NCBI RefSeq assembly: GCF_013122565.1 | Contig: NZ_CP053258.1 | Strand: one strand, 5' to 3' | From: Escherichia coli | GTDB taxonomy: Bacteria > Pseudomonadota > Gammaproteobacteria > Enterobacterales > Enterobacteriaceae | Length of the DNA: 64,000 nt | Notes under the pieces: model-generated | Seen by the model: only the letters and a program-made list of their open reading frames with translations | Databases searched by the model: none | Told to the model about the DNA's origin: nothing | Shown here: piece by piece, positions 20,699-32,580 of the stretch | Layout of the letters: the number at the start of each line of letters is the position of its first letter | How positions within the stretch are numbered: position 1 is the stretch's first letter | Made by a program: the position numbers and the translations under genes

Positions 20699-21687
20699 TC
20701 TTTGTCCTCTGCTTTCATTAAAACGGCGCGCTCGGTTCTGACTAACAATTTTCCCTGCATCAGAAGCGCAAAAGTACGGATGAGCAGTATTGCAATAATA
20801 AAATTGGTAAAGATAAACAGCGGCACCGCCAGCGTATGGAAAAATCCATTATCGCTGCCACTCCCCAGATGCAAACCGGTGGTTGCCAGTGCAGATACGC
20901 CGAACGAGAAACTCCAGAATGAAGCATTAAATGGCTGGGAGAGATACCATGGCATCAGACGTAGCATAAACAGCAGTTGCAGCAGTCCATAACCGAAAAG
21001 CATTTTCGCCAGCGTGTCACCCTCGCCGCCGTTGACGCTCAGCCAGGCACTACAGGCCACCAGCGCAGGAGCGAGCTGAATGCCGAGTGATGTCCGCAGT
21101 GCCGTGGGTAATTCTCCCGAACTGCGCAGACGCTGCAAGATCACAGGTTCAAGGCTTAGCCATGAGAAAACGCCTGCGCCTAAAAACACCAGACCGGCGT
21201 CGGTGTAGCCCAACGCACCACAGGCCATTGCGCTGATAAAGTTGTTGGCAACTGTCGGCAGATACAGTCCAGGCGTGGTAGCTTCTTCAGGGTGAGATCC
21301 GCGCCATAATCCCGCAGTTTGCCAGGCGGCATAAGCCAACTGAACCACGACACCAAAACTGAACAGGCACACCGCCAGTGGGCGAAACCACGGAACAAAA
21401 CCAATCGCCACCAGCATCGTCGTTGCCGGAAACAAACTCACAAAACTGCTCAGCACTGGATGGCGAACTTCCGCCAGCACGCTATGCGGAAAGCGTATGA
21501 GTCGGGTAATAAATGCGCTAGTCAATAATCCCCAGATGATCATCGCCAGAATCACCAGCCCATCCCCTAACCAGTGGCTGACCTGCCAAACCTGACTGGC
21601 ATAGCGCCAGGCAAATCCCATCCCTATCGTCCCCAACACAATACCAAAGTAGCCTGCCGGCAAATTGAGCACTTTATCGCTCTGCAT
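20695..21687 (-). CDS. tehA: Tellurite resistance / dicarboxylate-type membrane transporter TehA
   Basis: ORF 20695..21795 trimmed to the [19 protein letters not shown] start (330 aa); polytopic membrane protein; its stop overlaps the tehB start by 4 nt. Confidence 0.85.
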   Translation of the reverse strand: MQSDKVLNLPAGYFGIVLGTIGMGFAWRYASQVWQVSHWLGDGLVILAMIIWGLLTSAFITRLIRFPHSVLAEVRHPVLSSFVSLFPATTMLVAIGFVPWFRPLAVCLFSFGVVVQLAYAAWQTAGLWRGSHPEEATTPGLYLPTVANNFISAMACGALGYTDAGLVFLGAGVFSWLSLEPVILQRLRSSGELPTALRTSLGIQLAPALVACSAWLSVNGGEGDTLAKMLFGYGLLQLLFMLRLMPWYLSQPFNASFWSFSFGVSALATTGLHLGSGSDNGFFHTLAVPLFIFTNFIIAILLIRTFALLMQGKLLVRTERAVLMKAEDKE

Positions 21688-21810
21688 CTTCTTACTCATT
21701 TTGTTTAATTTATAAAGTATATTTGAAATGCATTTTATGGAATTTTCTCGAGCATAGCCAGAGCCGCAGAATTTGCTACGGTTATAGTAAGTCACCTGTG
21801 GGAAAACGCT

Positions 21811-22791
21811 ATGCGCAAATATCGTCTAAGTGAAGAACAGCGAGCCTTTAGTTATCAGGATGATGGCACTAAAAAAAGTGTGTTATTACGGCAGATTATC
21901 GCCATGAGCGATTTTAACGATGTGATAGCAGGAACCGCTGGCGGCTGGATCGATCGCGAAACGGTGTTAGCACAGGAAGGAAATTGCTGGATTTACGACC
22001 AGAATGCTATTGCGTTCGGCGGAGCGGTGATTTCCGGTAATACGCGCATCACCGGCACCAGCGTGCTGTGGGGAGAGGTTTACGCAACGGATAATGTCTG
22101 GATCGATAATAGTGAAATCAGCCAGGGTGCATATATAAGTGACAGTGTCACCATTCATGACTCACTGGTTTGCGGGCAATGTAGAATATTTGGTCACGCC
22201 TTAATTAATCAACATTCTATGATCGTCGCAGCACAAGGCTTAACGCCTGACCATCAACTCCTGCTACAAATTTATGATCGCGCAAGGGTTAGCGCCTCGC
22301 GTATTGTCCACCAGGCACAAATTTATGGCGATGCCGTCATCCGGTATGCTTTTATTGAACATCGCGCCGAAGTTTTTGATTTTGCCAGTATTGAAGGTAA
22401 TGAAGAGAACAACGTCTGGCTATGCGATTGCGCTAAAGTCTACGGTCACGCGCAGGTGAAAGCTGGCATAGAAGAAGATGCTATTCCGACGATTCATTAC
22501 AGTTCACAGGTGGCGGAATATGCCATTGTGGAAGGTAATTGTGTGTTAAAACATCATGTCTTGATTGGCGGAAATGCCGTGGTACGTGGCGGACCGATTC
22601 TGCTCGACGAACACGTTGTAATACAAGGTAAGAGCCGTATTACAGGTGCGGTGATAATTGAAAACCATGTGGAGTTAACCGACCACGCCGTCGTTGAAGC
22701 CTTTGATGGCGACACGGTTCATGTCCGTGGTCCAAAAGTCATTAACGGCGAGGAGCGCATTACGCGAACGCCGCTGGCAGGGTTATTATGA
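21811..22791 (+). CDS. ydcK: Uncharacterised left-handed beta-helix (hexapeptide-repeat) protein YdcK
   Basis: 326-aa ORF rich in hexapeptide-like repeats (e.g. [43 protein letters not shown]). Confidence 0.8.
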   Translation: MRKYRLSEEQRAFSYQDDGTKKSVLLRQIIAMSDFNDVIAGTAGGWIDRETVLAQEGNCWIYDQNAIAFGGAVISGNTRITGTSVLWGEVYATDNVWIDNSEISQGAYISDSVTIHDSLVCGQCRIFGHALINQHSMIVAAQGLTPDHQLLLQIYDRARVSASRIVHQAQIYGDAVIRYAFIEHRAEVFDFASIEGNEENNVWLCDCAKVYGHAQVKAGIEEDAIPTIHYSSQVAEYAIVEGNCVLKHHVLIGGNAVVRGGPILLDEHVVIQGKSRITGAVIIENHVELTDHAVVEAFDGDTVHVRGPKVINGEERITRTPLAGLL

Positions 22792-23322
22792 ATCGATAAT
22801 ACGCGCGTATAAGTTCACATCATCATAGGCATCATTCAGGAACTCAGCCTGTTTCAGGCAACCTTCAAGGATAAAACCATTGCGCAAAGCGACCTGGTTG
22901 CTTTGCGGATTGTCCACCCGACATTTGATCACGAAGCGTCTAAGTTCACCAGACTGGGCGTAATGATGAATCAATGCCTGCAGCGCCTGAGAAATGATCC
23001 CCTGCCCCTGATGAGATTCGTCCAGCCAGTAGCCTATTTCAGCGGTTTTATTCAGTGGTTCAATACGATTAAACGAGATAACGCCGATAAGTTCATCTTC
23101 TTTGAAAATCATGAACATTTTGGCATAGCCGCGTTGATGCAACATCACATTACCCTGCACCGTTTTTCGCGTGTCCTCTTCACTCTGAACGAACTGCGGC
23201 CAGTTTAGCGACTGCTGTAACCAGGTTTTATTTTTACAGATTAACTGATAAAGAGGAGTGACGTGATTTTCTGCAACAGCATGTAATTCAAGTGATTTGC
23301 TTACTTTTATCGTTTCAGTCAT
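22786..23322 (-). CDS. rimL: Ribosomal protein L7/L12 serine N-acetyltransferase RimL (GNAT)
   Basis: ORF 22786..23337 with a probable internal MTETIKVS start; GNAT motif [10 protein letters not shown]. Its 3' end overlaps the convergent ydcK stop by 6 nt. The exact start is uncertain by a few codons. Confidence 0.8.
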   Translation of the reverse strand: MTETIKVSKSLELHAVAENHVTPLYQLICKNKTWLQQSLNWPQFVQSEEDTRKTVQGNVMLHQRGYAKMFMIFKEDELIGVISFNRIEPLNKTAEIGYWLDESHQGQGIISQALQALIHHYAQSGELRRFVIKCRVDNPQSNQVALRNGFILEGCLKQAEFLNDAYDDVNLYARIIDS

Positions 23323-23351
23323 CTTATCTCCAGTCAATCCATGCTGTTGTT

Positions 23352-23376
23352 AAAAAAGCCGCCTGGCTGGCGGCTT
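23352..23376 (-). terminator. Rho-independent terminator downstream of ydcH
   Basis: agccgcc / ggcggct stem preceded on the plus strand by aaaaaa (a U-run on the minus-strand transcript). Confidence 0.6.
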
Positions 23377-23384
23377 AGGAAAGT

Positions 23385-23609
23385 TTACACCTCTTTGACG
23401 CTCTCCTGCTGCAGGATTTTGAGCATCTCATCTTTTAACTGTAGCTTTTGTTTTTTCATGCGGACCACTTCCGCATTGTACCCTCGACCGTCGGAACCTT
23501 CCTTTCTGGCAATTTCATGATCAAGTTTATTGTGTTTATCGAACAAGGACATAAAGCGAGGATTTTCGTTTTTCAGACGGGATATTAAATCTCGGTATTC
23601 TGGAAACAT
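23385..23609 (-). CDS. ydcH: Small uncharacterised protein YdcH (DUF465)
   Basis: ORF 23385..23615 trimmed to MFPEYRDLISRLKNENPRF (74 aa). Confidence 0.75.
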   Translation of the reverse strand: MFPEYRDLISRLKNENPRFMSLFDKHNKLDHEIARKEGSDGRGYNAEVVRMKKQKLQLKDEMLKILQQESVKEV

Positions 23610-23748
23610 ACGCACTCCCTGTTAGTGGCTGACAAGGTGTATCTGAAATACACACCATCAGATTACTCATTTAACTTAGGGAAAAATGCGAGCGGGATCG
23701 TGTTTAACCAGACGGCACCTCCCGAAGAAGGTGCCGAAGAAAAAACGA

Positions 23749-25404
23749 TTAACTCATCACGCGGTCGTCAACATACTGACGTTTATCCGGCGCTGGCGGG
23801 AAATACTGATACAGCCATGTTTCACTGATAGCGTCCCCCTGACAACGTAGATACATCCGCATATCGACCGGATCAGTGGAGTCCGAAGTCGGATACCAGT
23901 CAAACTGAATACGATAACCATCGATGGGTTCAATATAGAGAATTTCGATTTGCTTCGCTTCCCCACTGGAAAGCGTAATCACCGGCTCAATGCCTTTTGG
24001 CGCGGCAGCTTTCAGATCACCACCAACGAAATCGACGGCAAAACGACGCGCCCATTTTTCGGGATAGTGTTCACCTGGCGCCCAACCTTCCGGGAAACCG
24101 CCCATGCCGGTACGCGTCGCCATAACGCGCGCTAATGGGCAATGAACAGGCGGTTGCGCACTCCAGTACAGACGATACTGGAATGCAAACTCATCACCTG
24201 CTTTTACAGCTTTTTCTGGCTGCCAGAAGCAGACAATGTTATCCAGCGTTTCGCCCGTTGTTGGGATTTCCATCAGGCCGATGGTGCCCTTACCCCACTT
24301 GTTACGCGGTTCCACCCACAGACTTGGGCGTTTGTTATACCAGCCCATAATGTCCTGATAATGGGAGAAATCACGATCCAGTTGCAATAAACCAAACCCT
24401 TTCGGGTTGTTGTCGGTGTAAGCATTGAACTGCAATTTTTGCGGATTATTCAGCGGACGGCAAATCCACTCGCCGTTGCCCCGCCACATGGACAGACGAT
24501 CAGAGTCATGAATTTGCGGATGAATGGTATCGCACATCCGACGTTCATTAGTACCGCAGCTGAACATACTGGTCATCGGCGCAATGCCCAGCTGTTTAAT
24601 GTCTTTGCGCGCATACAGGTGATTTTCCACATCCATAATCACCTGACTTTTCTCACAATGGATAGTGAACTTATAGGCACCAGTAATGCTGGCGCTATCG
24701 AGCAACGCATAAACGGTAAAGGTAGTTGCCCCCGGTTTTACCGTATCAAACCAGAAGGCGGTAAAGTCGGGGAACTCTTCTTTACTGTCGGTGTAAGTGT
24801 CAATCGCCAGGCCGCGGGCCGACAAACCGTATTGATATGTGTCATCAACGGCGCGGAAATAACTCGCTCCGAGGAATGATACTACATCACGGCGCGCCAG
24901 TTCGGGGGCTTTAAACACGCGAAAACCGGCAAAGCCGAGATCGCTTTGCCCTTCTAATTGTTTGGTATCAACACCTGCATCGTTGTATTTGAACAACTCC
25001 GGGCGAAAGTGAATTTCACGCGCCAGATGTGTTGCTGGATCTACAGAAAACATACGAACGCGGCGACGGAATCCCATTCCCATATGGAAGAACTGAGCGT
25101 CCAGTTGACGGTTCTCAACGTTATGCCAGAGCGATTTTTCGGCGTCGTATTGAATACTGTTATAAGCCTGCGGCGTCATTGTCGCCAGCGTGTCAGGTAA
25201 CGGACGAGGCGCACCACGCCACGCTGTTTGCGCTAAGTCGTGCGCCATTGACTGTAGAATGGAGAAGTCAAAACGCTGGGTTTGCCCGTCGGCAATATCA
25301 GAATCTGCCGCGAATGCCGCCTGAGAAAAAAGAGAAGCAATGCCGCTGGTACCGCACACGGCGGCCATAGCCATTGAACCTTTAATAAATCGTCTACGAT
25401 CCAT
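23749..25404 (-). CDS. opgD: Glucans biosynthesis protein D (OpgD/MdoD), Tat-exported
   Basis: 551-aa ORF with a twin-arginine signal peptide ([32 protein letters not shown]). Confidence 0.9.
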   Translation of the reverse strand: MDRRRFIKGSMAMAAVCGTSGIASLFSQAAFAADSDIADGQTQRFDFSILQSMAHDLAQTAWRGAPRPLPDTLATMTPQAYNSIQYDAEKSLWHNVENRQLDAQFFHMGMGFRRRVRMFSVDPATHLAREIHFRPELFKYNDAGVDTKQLEGQSDLGFAGFRVFKAPELARRDVVSFLGASYFRAVDDTYQYGLSARGLAIDTYTDSKEEFPDFTAFWFDTVKPGATTFTVYALLDSASITGAYKFTIHCEKSQVIMDVENHLYARKDIKQLGIAPMTSMFSCGTNERRMCDTIHPQIHDSDRLSMWRGNGEWICRPLNNPQKLQFNAYTDNNPKGFGLLQLDRDFSHYQDIMGWYNKRPSLWVEPRNKWGKGTIGLMEIPTTGETLDNIVCFWQPEKAVKAGDEFAFQYRLYWSAQPPVHCPLARVMATRTGMGGFPEGWAPGEHYPEKWARRFAVDFVGGDLKAAAPKGIEPVITLSSGEAKQIEILYIEPIDGYRIQFDWYPTSDSTDPVDMRMYLRCQGDAISETWLYQYFPPAPDKRQYVDDRVMS

Positions 25405-25628
25405 ACCTGAAAGTGAGTCCTTCTGGTGTTGTGAATGGTCCCGCGCTGGTCGTTTTCAGCGGCAAGAAAGTGCTTATTTATGACCGCTCACTCTAGACAA
25501 TATTTATTAATAATCCAATTGTTGAACTCAGAGAATATGCATAAATCGGCAATTTTTTTATGTCGATGGGATGAGCCTGATTCGTTTGTAAAATCAGGCA
25601 AATTTTTGCAAAGGCGGATGGTCAGAAT

Positions 25629-26972
25629 TTAAAGCAAACCACAGCGACGTTTACTGCGTTCTTCCGCTTCCTGATAAAGCTGGAACTCATCCAAAACCGG
25701 ACAACCCAACGCCTGCTCAAATGCCTCGCGACTGGCATTACCGTGATTGCGTGCCTGCGTTTCATTACCCAGATTTGACTGGAAGATCCCCGCCGCGCTA
25801 ACGGGCAAGAAATCTTCATAGGTAATGGGTTGCGCCGCGACCCATCCACGTTCAATTAAGGGCTGTGGATCGTCTCCGGGATGAATCGCCTGACGATGCG
25901 CCTCACCTGAAGGCGTCAGACGGTACCGGAACCATGCCAGCCCTTGCTGACGCATTAAAAACTCACTGTCAGGAAAAGTGCGGAAGGTTTCCTGTAAATG
26001 CATTTGGTGAGTGAGATTATCCTGCCCGGTTCCAGCGTTACGCAGAAGATCATCATACAGTTGTCGCCCTTTCGGCGTTAATGCCACGCCACGCTGCTCA
26101 ATTTCACCAAAGCGCGCGGTATGCGTGCCCTGTTTCTGCCCCGCAAACAACACCATCTCTTCCAGTGCCTTAAAGCTGGTCTGCCGTAGTAAAATCGGCA
26201 CCTCGCGGCGCGGCGGCCCTTCGATCAGAATTTTGGGTTCAATCCCGCATTCAGGCATCATCGACTGCACCCGGTCAATATCCAGCGTACGTGGCGTCAG
26301 GTGGTTGATATGGCATCCAGGGAAACAGACCACATCAGCAATCAACCGATGTTCGTTGTGCAAGGCGCGATAGGTTTCTTCATCTACCGTTGCTGACTGG
26401 TGCCAACGGAACGTTTCCAGGGCTTCCTGCACAAACTCCTGTGCCTGTGTTTCGTTAAAACCGCCCTGCTGCTCATATTCCTCTAACAGTTGTCGACAAC
26501 GTGGGGTGAAGATATCGCGCTGACGCAGAATCTCCGCCGCTTTCTGGCGCAAAATTTCGTTCTCGATAAGCTCAAGGCGGAGTAAGGAGGTAAAAACGCG
26601 GAAGGGATTACGCGCCAGAGAAGCATCATCAATGGGCCGAAATGCTGTCGAATGTACCGGCACCCCTGCCTGCGAGAGATCGTAATAGCTCACCGGGTAC
26701 ATCCCCATAATGGCAAACATCCGCCGAAGAGTAGCAAGCTCTTGTGCAGTCCCAACGCGAATCGCCCCATGACGTTCAACATTCAGTCGCGCCAGCTCGT
26801 CTGCATTTACCATTTTTTCGTGCAGTTGAGGATTGTTTTCCAGCACAGCCAGATTCACATCAGCTACCAGTTCCAGCAGCGTGCCATATTGCGGAACTTC
26901 TTGCTGGTACATGGCTGACATTGCCTGCGAAAACTGTTCCCGAATCTCATCCGCCGTGATGCTGTTCGCCAT
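25629..26972 (-). CDS. ydcJ: DUF1338 protein YdcJ (HglS-like non-heme iron enzyme family)
   Basis: 447-aa ORF matching YdcJ in length and position, divergent from ydcI. Confidence 0.8.
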   Translation of the reverse strand: MANSITADEIREQFSQAMSAMYQQEVPQYGTLLELVADVNLAVLENNPQLHEKMVNADELARLNVERHGAIRVGTAQELATLRRMFAIMGMYPVSYYDLSQAGVPVHSTAFRPIDDASLARNPFRVFTSLLRLELIENEILRQKAAEILRQRDIFTPRCRQLLEEYEQQGGFNETQAQEFVQEALETFRWHQSATVDEETYRALHNEHRLIADVVCFPGCHINHLTPRTLDIDRVQSMMPECGIEPKILIEGPPRREVPILLRQTSFKALEEMVLFAGQKQGTHTARFGEIEQRGVALTPKGRQLYDDLLRNAGTGQDNLTHQMHLQETFRTFPDSEFLMRQQGLAWFRYRLTPSGEAHRQAIHPGDDPQPLIERGWVAAQPITYEDFLPVSAAGIFQSNLGNETQARNHGNASREAFEQALGCPVLDEFQLYQEAEERSKRRCGLL

Positions 26973-27188
26973 AGTGTCTGCCTCCAGTGGTCAGTAATGT
27001 GGAGTGTAGGTAACCGCATTCACTCTGGCGGGAAGAATTTACAAACTGTGATCTCGCCGCGAAAACATCAATATTATCCATTTTGCTGTAACATAATTGC
27101 TTTAATTGTTAATAATATTTTGCAATCAAGTTATCATAATCAAACAACTCCACTTGTCAGCGACACCGCTTCGTTTTTAACATCGCTT

Positions 27189-28112
27189 ATGGAAAAAAAT
27201 AGTCTGTTTAGTCAGCGCATCCGTTTGCGCCACCTTCATACATTCGTAGCTGTCGCACAACAAGGAACTTTGGGGCGCGCGGCTGAAACCCTTAATTTGA
27301 GTCAACCTGCGCTCTCTAAGACATTGAATGAACTGGAGCAACTGACGGGCGCTCGCTTGTTTGAGCGTGGTCGTCAGGGGGCGCAACTTACCTTACCCGG
27401 CGAACAATTTTTAACGCATGCAGTCAGAGTTCTTGACGCCATCAACACTGCTGGACAGTCGCTTCATCGTAAAGAAGGTCTTAATAATGATGTCGTCAGG
27501 GTTGGTGCACTACCTACTGCGGCACTGGGGATATTACCTTCGGTTATAGGTCAGTTTCATCAGCAACAAAAAGAGACGACCTTGCAAGTTGCGACAATGA
27601 GTAACCCTATGATTCTGGCGGGTTTGAAAACCGGGGAAATCGATATCGGCATTGGTCGGATGTCAGATCCTGAACTGATGACCGGGCTTAATTACGAACT
27701 GCTGTTTCTTGAATCGCTGAAGCTGGTTGTCCGCCCTAATCACCCGCTACTTCAGGAGAACGTAACGCTAAGCCGAGTGCTGGAATGGCCGGTCGTTGTA
27801 TCACCAGAAGGCACTGCACCACGCCAGCATTCAGATGCATTAGTACAGAGCCAGGGATGTAAAATTCCTTCGGGTTGTATCGAAACGCTGTCTGCTTCGC
27901 TATCTCGTCAACTTACGGTTGAATACGACTACGTGTGGTTTGTCCCTTCAGGCGCGGTAAAAGACGACCTGCGTCATGCCACGCTGGTGGCCCTGCCTGT
28001 TCCGGGACATGGTGCAGGCGAACCGATTGGAATACTGACCCGCGTAGATGCGACGTTCTCTTCTGGTTGCCAGTTGATGATTAACGCTATTCGAAAATCA
28101 ATGCCGTTCTGA
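27189..28112 (+). CDS. ydcI: LysR-type transcriptional regulator YdcI
   Basis: ORF 26997..28112 trimmed to the MEKNSLFSQRIRLRHLHTFVAVAQ start (307 aa); LysR HTH (LHTFVAVAQQGTLGRAAETLNLSQPALSKTLNELE). Confidence 0.85.
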   Translation: MEKNSLFSQRIRLRHLHTFVAVAQQGTLGRAAETLNLSQPALSKTLNELEQLTGARLFERGRQGAQLTLPGEQFLTHAVRVLDAINTAGQSLHRKEGLNNDVVRVGALPTAALGILPSVIGQFHQQQKETTLQVATMSNPMILAGLKTGEIDIGIGRMSDPELMTGLNYELLFLESLKLVVRPNHPLLQENVTLSRVLEWPVVVSPEGTAPRQHSDALVQSQGCKIPSGCIETLSASLSRQLTVEYDYVWFVPSGAVKDDLRHATLVALPVPGHGAGEPIGILTRVDATFSSGCQLMINAIRKSMPF

Positions 28113-28149
28113 AAGGTGAAGGGATCTGTCGATCCCTCCTTTAACATTT

Positions 28150-29790
28150 TCACACCGTAGCGAAACTAACTGGTTCACCCGCTCCGCGAGGTTCTGCCAA
28201 CACAGATTGTTTGTTCAGACGGAATACGTCCACCGCCTCAGTTAATCGTGCCGCCTGTTCTTCAAGGGACACCGCCGCCGCTGAGGCCTCTTCTACCAGA
28301 GAAGCATTCTGTTGCGTCACCTTATCCATTTCAGAAATCGCCTGGCTAACCTGCGTTATGCCCCTACTTTGCTCATCCGAGGCGGCGGCAATTTCCTGCA
28401 TGATATGTGTGACACTCGCGACGGCATCAACAATAGTGCTCATGGTTTTCCCGGCCGTTGCCACCTCATCCGATCCCAGGTCAATTAACCTGACTGATTC
28501 ACTGATCAAGCCTTCAATTTCTTTTGCCGCCTGGGCGCTGCGGCTTGCGAGTGTCCGTACTTCGCTGGCGACAACGGCAAATCCACGCCCTTGCTCACCC
28601 GCTCGCGCAGCTTCAACGGCAGCATTCAGTGCCAGAATATTCGTCTGGAAAGCAATACTGTTGATGACGGCGGTGATCTCAGAAATTTTCTTCGAACTCG
28701 TGGAGATAGCGCCCATCGTTTTTACTACACCGGAAACCGTCTGCCCGCCATCGCTGGCTTTAATAGAAGCCTCTTGCGCCAGTTTGCTGGCATAATGCGC
28801 GTTATCCGCATTCTGTTTCACCGTCGCAGTGAGTTGCTCCATGCTGGCGGCAGTTTGTTCGATAGCCGCCGCTTGTTCTTCGGTGCGAGATGACAGGTCC
28901 GCATTGCCAGCTGAAATTTCGCTGGTGCCACGATAAATCTCTTCCGCACCCTGTCGAACAGTCCCTACGGTCATCCCCAGTGAATGCTGCATTTGCTGTA
29001 AATGACGACTTAAGCGACCGATTTCATTACGACCCGCCGGTTCATCCTTCATCGTCAGATCGCCACTAGCGATTTTTTCAATCCGTTGTGCGGCATGTTG
29101 CAGTGGACGAATGACGATCCGACGTAGCACCATAAATGTTATCAGCGTCATGACCAGGGCAAGCACAAACGCACCAATCATGAACATCCCGCCCAGGCGG
29201 GTGCGCTGATGGGCCAGTTCCGCCAGTTGGTTGGCTCTGGTGCTACGTATCTTAACGGCTTTGTTCAAAATATCGGTATAAGCATTATCCAGCGTTCGGA
29301 TCTGCTCACTTTCATGATTGATAATCGCTTCAAACATGCCATTTTTGGCATATTTCAACATAGGTTGCATACCCGTGATATAAGCCTGAAAGCGTTGATT
29401 TAATTCAGTGTCGAGGGCTTCATCAGCAGGTGTTTTCACCGGCCGATTCTGATAAGCACGATAACCTTGCTGCGACTGTTTAATCTCCGATTCGGCTTGC
29501 GCAATATTTCGCTTCATTGCTTCCATTTCCGCAATACGACTCGCAGCGCCGGCCTGAATCATATTGATCCGGGCTGAACGCAAAAAATCTGAACTGTTCG
29601 CTAACCCGGTCTGAATCTCAATCTCCGCAGTAACATCACGCTGATCGCGATCGGCCTGCCAGAGGAAATAGCCAGCCAGGGCTGAACTTAATGCGAATAG
29701 AACTAAGATACCGCCTAGAATGCAGGCAAATAACGGAACCAGCCTGATGTGATGCAAAAAACCTAATCGCTGTGAGGGAGTTGTATTCAT
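28150..29790 (-). CDS. trg: Methyl-accepting chemotaxis protein III (ribose/galactose transducer)
   Basis: 546-aa ORF with two transmembrane segments, a HAMP domain and the highly conserved MCP signalling region ([34 protein letters not shown]). Confidence 0.9.
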   Translation of the reverse strand: MNTTPSQRLGFLHHIRLVPLFACILGGILVLFALSSALAGYFLWQADRDQRDVTAEIEIQTGLANSSDFLRSARINMIQAGAASRIAEMEAMKRNIAQAESEIKQSQQGYRAYQNRPVKTPADEALDTELNQRFQAYITGMQPMLKYAKNGMFEAIINHESEQIRTLDNAYTDILNKAVKIRSTRANQLAELAHQRTRLGGMFMIGAFVLALVMTLITFMVLRRIVIRPLQHAAQRIEKIASGDLTMKDEPAGRNEIGRLSRHLQQMQHSLGMTVGTVRQGAEEIYRGTSEISAGNADLSSRTEEQAAAIEQTAASMEQLTATVKQNADNAHYASKLAQEASIKASDGGQTVSGVVKTMGAISTSSKKISEITAVINSIAFQTNILALNAAVEAARAGEQGRGFAVVASEVRTLASRSAQAAKEIEGLISESVRLIDLGSDEVATAGKTMSTIVDAVASVTHIMQEIAAASDEQSRGITQVSQAISEMDKVTQQNASLVEEASAAAVSLEEQAARLTEAVDVFRLNKQSVLAEPRGAGEPVSFATV

Positions 29791-29828
29791 TACCGTTGTC
29801 TCTCGTCCAGGTTTACTCCTGATATAAA

Positions 29829-29856
29829 GTCATCGGCATTTGGCGGTAATTACTTA
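29829..29856 (-). promoter_or_regulatory. Candidate sigma-28 (FliA) promoter of trg
   Basis: Minus strand reads TAAGTAAT-N11-GCCGATGA, close to the FliA consensus TAAAGTTT-N11-GCCGATAA, about 40 nt upstream of the trg ATG. Confidence 0.55.
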
Positions 29857-30121
29857 CGACCAAAAACCTCTTTGCGTCACATTTTTACAACAATTATTGC
29901 AGAGAAGATTAATGCTATTGGAATGAAGAGAGTAACGAATGGCTAAACCGAATGACGAAAAATTCTGGAAAACAGCACGCAATTTCGTGAAGTGATTATT
30001 TTCGTCCCTAAGGAAACCTCATAGGATGCCTGCGGGTGCCTGAGACTTTCTGTTTTCAGGCTAACCGGGAATCAGAAAGACGAAGGCCCCGACCGATATT
30101 TCTATCAACCGAGGCCAACGA

Positions 30122-30329
<208 letters not shown>

Positions 30330-30400
30330 GGGCAAGCGCGGGGATTTTCCCCGCGCATCTGACTAGCAGATTCATTTTCTCATGGCACCCCTTTTACACT

Positions 30401-30574
30401 TCAGTTAGTGCATGTTTTTTTCGATGCACTAATAGAACCATCATTACAGACAAATTTGCCGCCTGCCGTACAGTGTGAGATCCCCCCTTTCGAACCAGAA
30501 CAGGGTTTGCGCCCGGCATCGGCATAAAAGGAAACAAGCGTTCCCATAAACAAAATAAGTGCCAGTTTTTTCAT
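30401..30574 (-). CDS. ydcA: Small secreted cysteine-containing protein YdcA (57 aa)
   Basis: Hand translation of the minus strand: MKKLALILFMGTLVSFYADAGRKPCSGSKGGISHCTAGGKFVCNDGSISASKKTCTN; GGAGG Shine-Dalgarno upstream. Confidence 0.75.
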   Translation of the reverse strand: MKKLALILFMGTLVSFYADAGRKPCSGSKGGISHCTAGGKFVCNDGSISASKKTCTN

Positions 30575-30745
30575 ATAACCTCCATGGTTTATCGAATCTT
30601 ATGTTCGATTTGAACGTTATACGCTGGTTTATTTTGATACCGTTGATGAGATCAAAGATCGGGTGAATTGATTAAAAATAAGGCAGATGGACGTATGGGC
30701 AAGGATTATGGTTTTATTTGTCATACAAATAAATATAATAGGCGC

Positions 30746-30809
30746 TTCCGATGTAGACCCGTATTCTTCGCCTGTACCACGGGTCGGTTTTAGTACAGGC
30801 GTTTTCTTT
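30746..30809 (+). ncRNA. rydC: RydC small RNA (Hfq-dependent pseudoknot sRNA)
   Basis: cttccgatgtagacccgtattcttcgcctgtaccacgggtcggttttagtacaggcgttttctt matches RydC as I recall it; TATAAT box about 8 nt upstream; ends in a hairpin (gcctgtac / gtacaggc) plus U-run. Confidence 0.65.
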
Positions 30810-30818
30810 AAATATCCT

Positions 30819-31349
30819 TCAGGAACGTTTACGCGGCATCATGCGTAGAAGTGTGTTGTCCTTCCAGAAATAGTGGTGTGCCAGTGCAGCCGCAGCGTGC
30901 AACCCGATGAGAAAATATCCCAGATTCGCCAGCGTCTCATGCCACGACTTTAAGCTATCAACCCGTTCGAAATTGGCCTCTGAAGCGTAAGGCATCGTCA
31001 AACCAAACGCAAACCACGGGTTGCCCCGGTTATACATCATCACCAAACCAATCACTGGCAGCGCAATAAACAGGAGATAAATCACCAAATGTCCCAAATG
31101 CGCCAGTCCCGTCATCATCGGTTTCGGCTTAGGTATAATCGGCGGGGTTGGGTATTTCAGTCTTAACAAAAGACGAACCACCATCAGCACGAGAATTGAG
31201 ATGCCACAGGAAACATGAATCATGTTGATGAGCGGCCGATCGCTACGTGGGAAGAAACCCCGAAACTCCATTGCGCAATACGCTGCGATAACCAGCAAAA
31301 AGACCAGCCAGTGAATGCTGATTTGTAACCTTGAGTATTTATTTTCCAT
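30819..31349 (-). CDS. cybB: Cytochrome b561
   Basis: ORF 30819..31385 trimmed to the MENKYSRLQISIHWLVFLL start (176 aa); four transmembrane helices with conserved histidines. Confidence 0.85.
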   Translation of the reverse strand: MENKYSRLQISIHWLVFLLVIAAYCAMEFRGFFPRSDRPLINMIHVSCGISILVLMVVRLLLRLKYPTPPIIPKPKPMMTGLAHLGHLVIYLLFIALPVIGLVMMYNRGNPWFAFGLTMPYASEANFERVDSLKSWHETLANLGYFLIGLHAAAALAHHYFWKDNTLLRMMPRKRS

Positions 31350-31537
31350 AACATTTCCTGCTTTAACATAATTTTCCGTTAACATAACGGGCTTTTCTCA
31401 AAATTTCATTAAATATTGTTCACCCGTTTTCAGTACGTTACGTTTCACTGTAAGAATGGAGATTGCCCATCCCACAATCCTGGGCTAAGCCTGGAAAGGA
31501 TCAATTTTCATCCGAACGTTCCTGACAGGAGAAAACC

Positions 31538-32539
31538 ATGAGTAAAGTTGGTATTAACGGTTTTGGTCGTATCGGTCGACTGGTGTTGCGTCGATTACTT
31601 GAAGTCAAAAGCAACATAGACGTTGTCGCTATTAATGATCTTACTTCCCCAAAAATTCTCGCCTATCTGCTGAAACATGATTCAAACTATGGTCCGTTCC
31701 CCTGGAGCGTTGATTTTACGGAAGATTCACTTATCGTTGATGGGAAAAGTATCGCGGTTTACGCCGAAAAAGAGGCTAAAAATATTCCGTGGAAAGCGAA
31801 AGGTGCAGAAATCATTGTCGAATGTACTGGCTTTTATACCTCCGCCGATAAATCGCAGGCGCATCTTGATGCTGGTGCGAAGAAGGTGTTGATTTCCGCT
31901 CCTGCCGGTGAAATGAAAACCATCGTTTATAACGTTAATGACGACACTCTGGATGGCAACGATACCATTGTTTCCGTGGCGTCATGCACCACTAACTGCC
32001 TTGCGCCGATGGCCAAAGCCTTGCATGACAGTTTCGGGATAGAAGTCGGCACGATGACGACCATTCATGCCTATACTGGCACCCAGTCACTGGTGGATGG
32101 CCCGCGTGGTAAAGATTTACGTGCTTCACGCGCCGCGGCAGAAAATATCATTCCCCACACTACGGGGGCGGCAAAAGCCATTGGTCTGGTGATCCCGGAA
32201 CTGAGCGGCAAACTGAAAGGTCATGCGCAACGCGTGCCGGTGAAAACAGGTTCGGTCACTGAACTGGTATCGATTCTCGGAAAAAAAGTGACTGCCGAAG
32301 AGGTGAATAACGCACTTAAACAAGCAACCACCAATAACGAGTCATTTGGTTATACCGATGAAGAAATAGTCTCTTCCGATATCATTGGCAGCCATTTCGG
32401 TTCGGTGTTTGATGCCACGCAAACGGAAATTACCGCCGTGGGCGATTTACAACTGGTGAAAACGGTCGCCTGGTACGATAACGAATATGGCTTCGTCACG
32501 CAGCTTATTCGCACCCTCGAAAAATTCGCTAAACTCTGA
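31538..32539 (+). CDS. gapC: Glyceraldehyde-3-phosphate dehydrogenase GapC, intact 333-aa reading frame
   Basis: Uninterrupted ORF with the NAD-binding N-terminus ([10 protein letters not shown]) and catalytic motif SCTTNCLAP. Confidence 0.85.
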   Translation: MSKVGINGFGRIGRLVLRRLLEVKSNIDVVAINDLTSPKILAYLLKHDSNYGPFPWSVDFTEDSLIVDGKSIAVYAEKEAKNIPWKAKGAEIIVECTGFYTSADKSQAHLDAGAKKVLISAPAGEMKTIVYNVNDDTLDGNDTIVSVASCTTNCLAPMAKALHDSFGIEVGTMTTIHAYTGTQSLVDGPRGKDLRASRAAAENIIPHTTGAAKAIGLVIPELSGKLKGHAQRVPVKTGSVTELVSILGKKVTAEEVNNALKQATTNNESFGYTDEEIVSSDIIGSHFGSVFDATQTEITAVGDLQLVKTVAWYDNEYGFVTQLIRTLEKFAKL

Positions 32540-32580
32540 CGCGCACAGGCGGAGGAAAAAACCTCCGCCTCTTTCACTCA

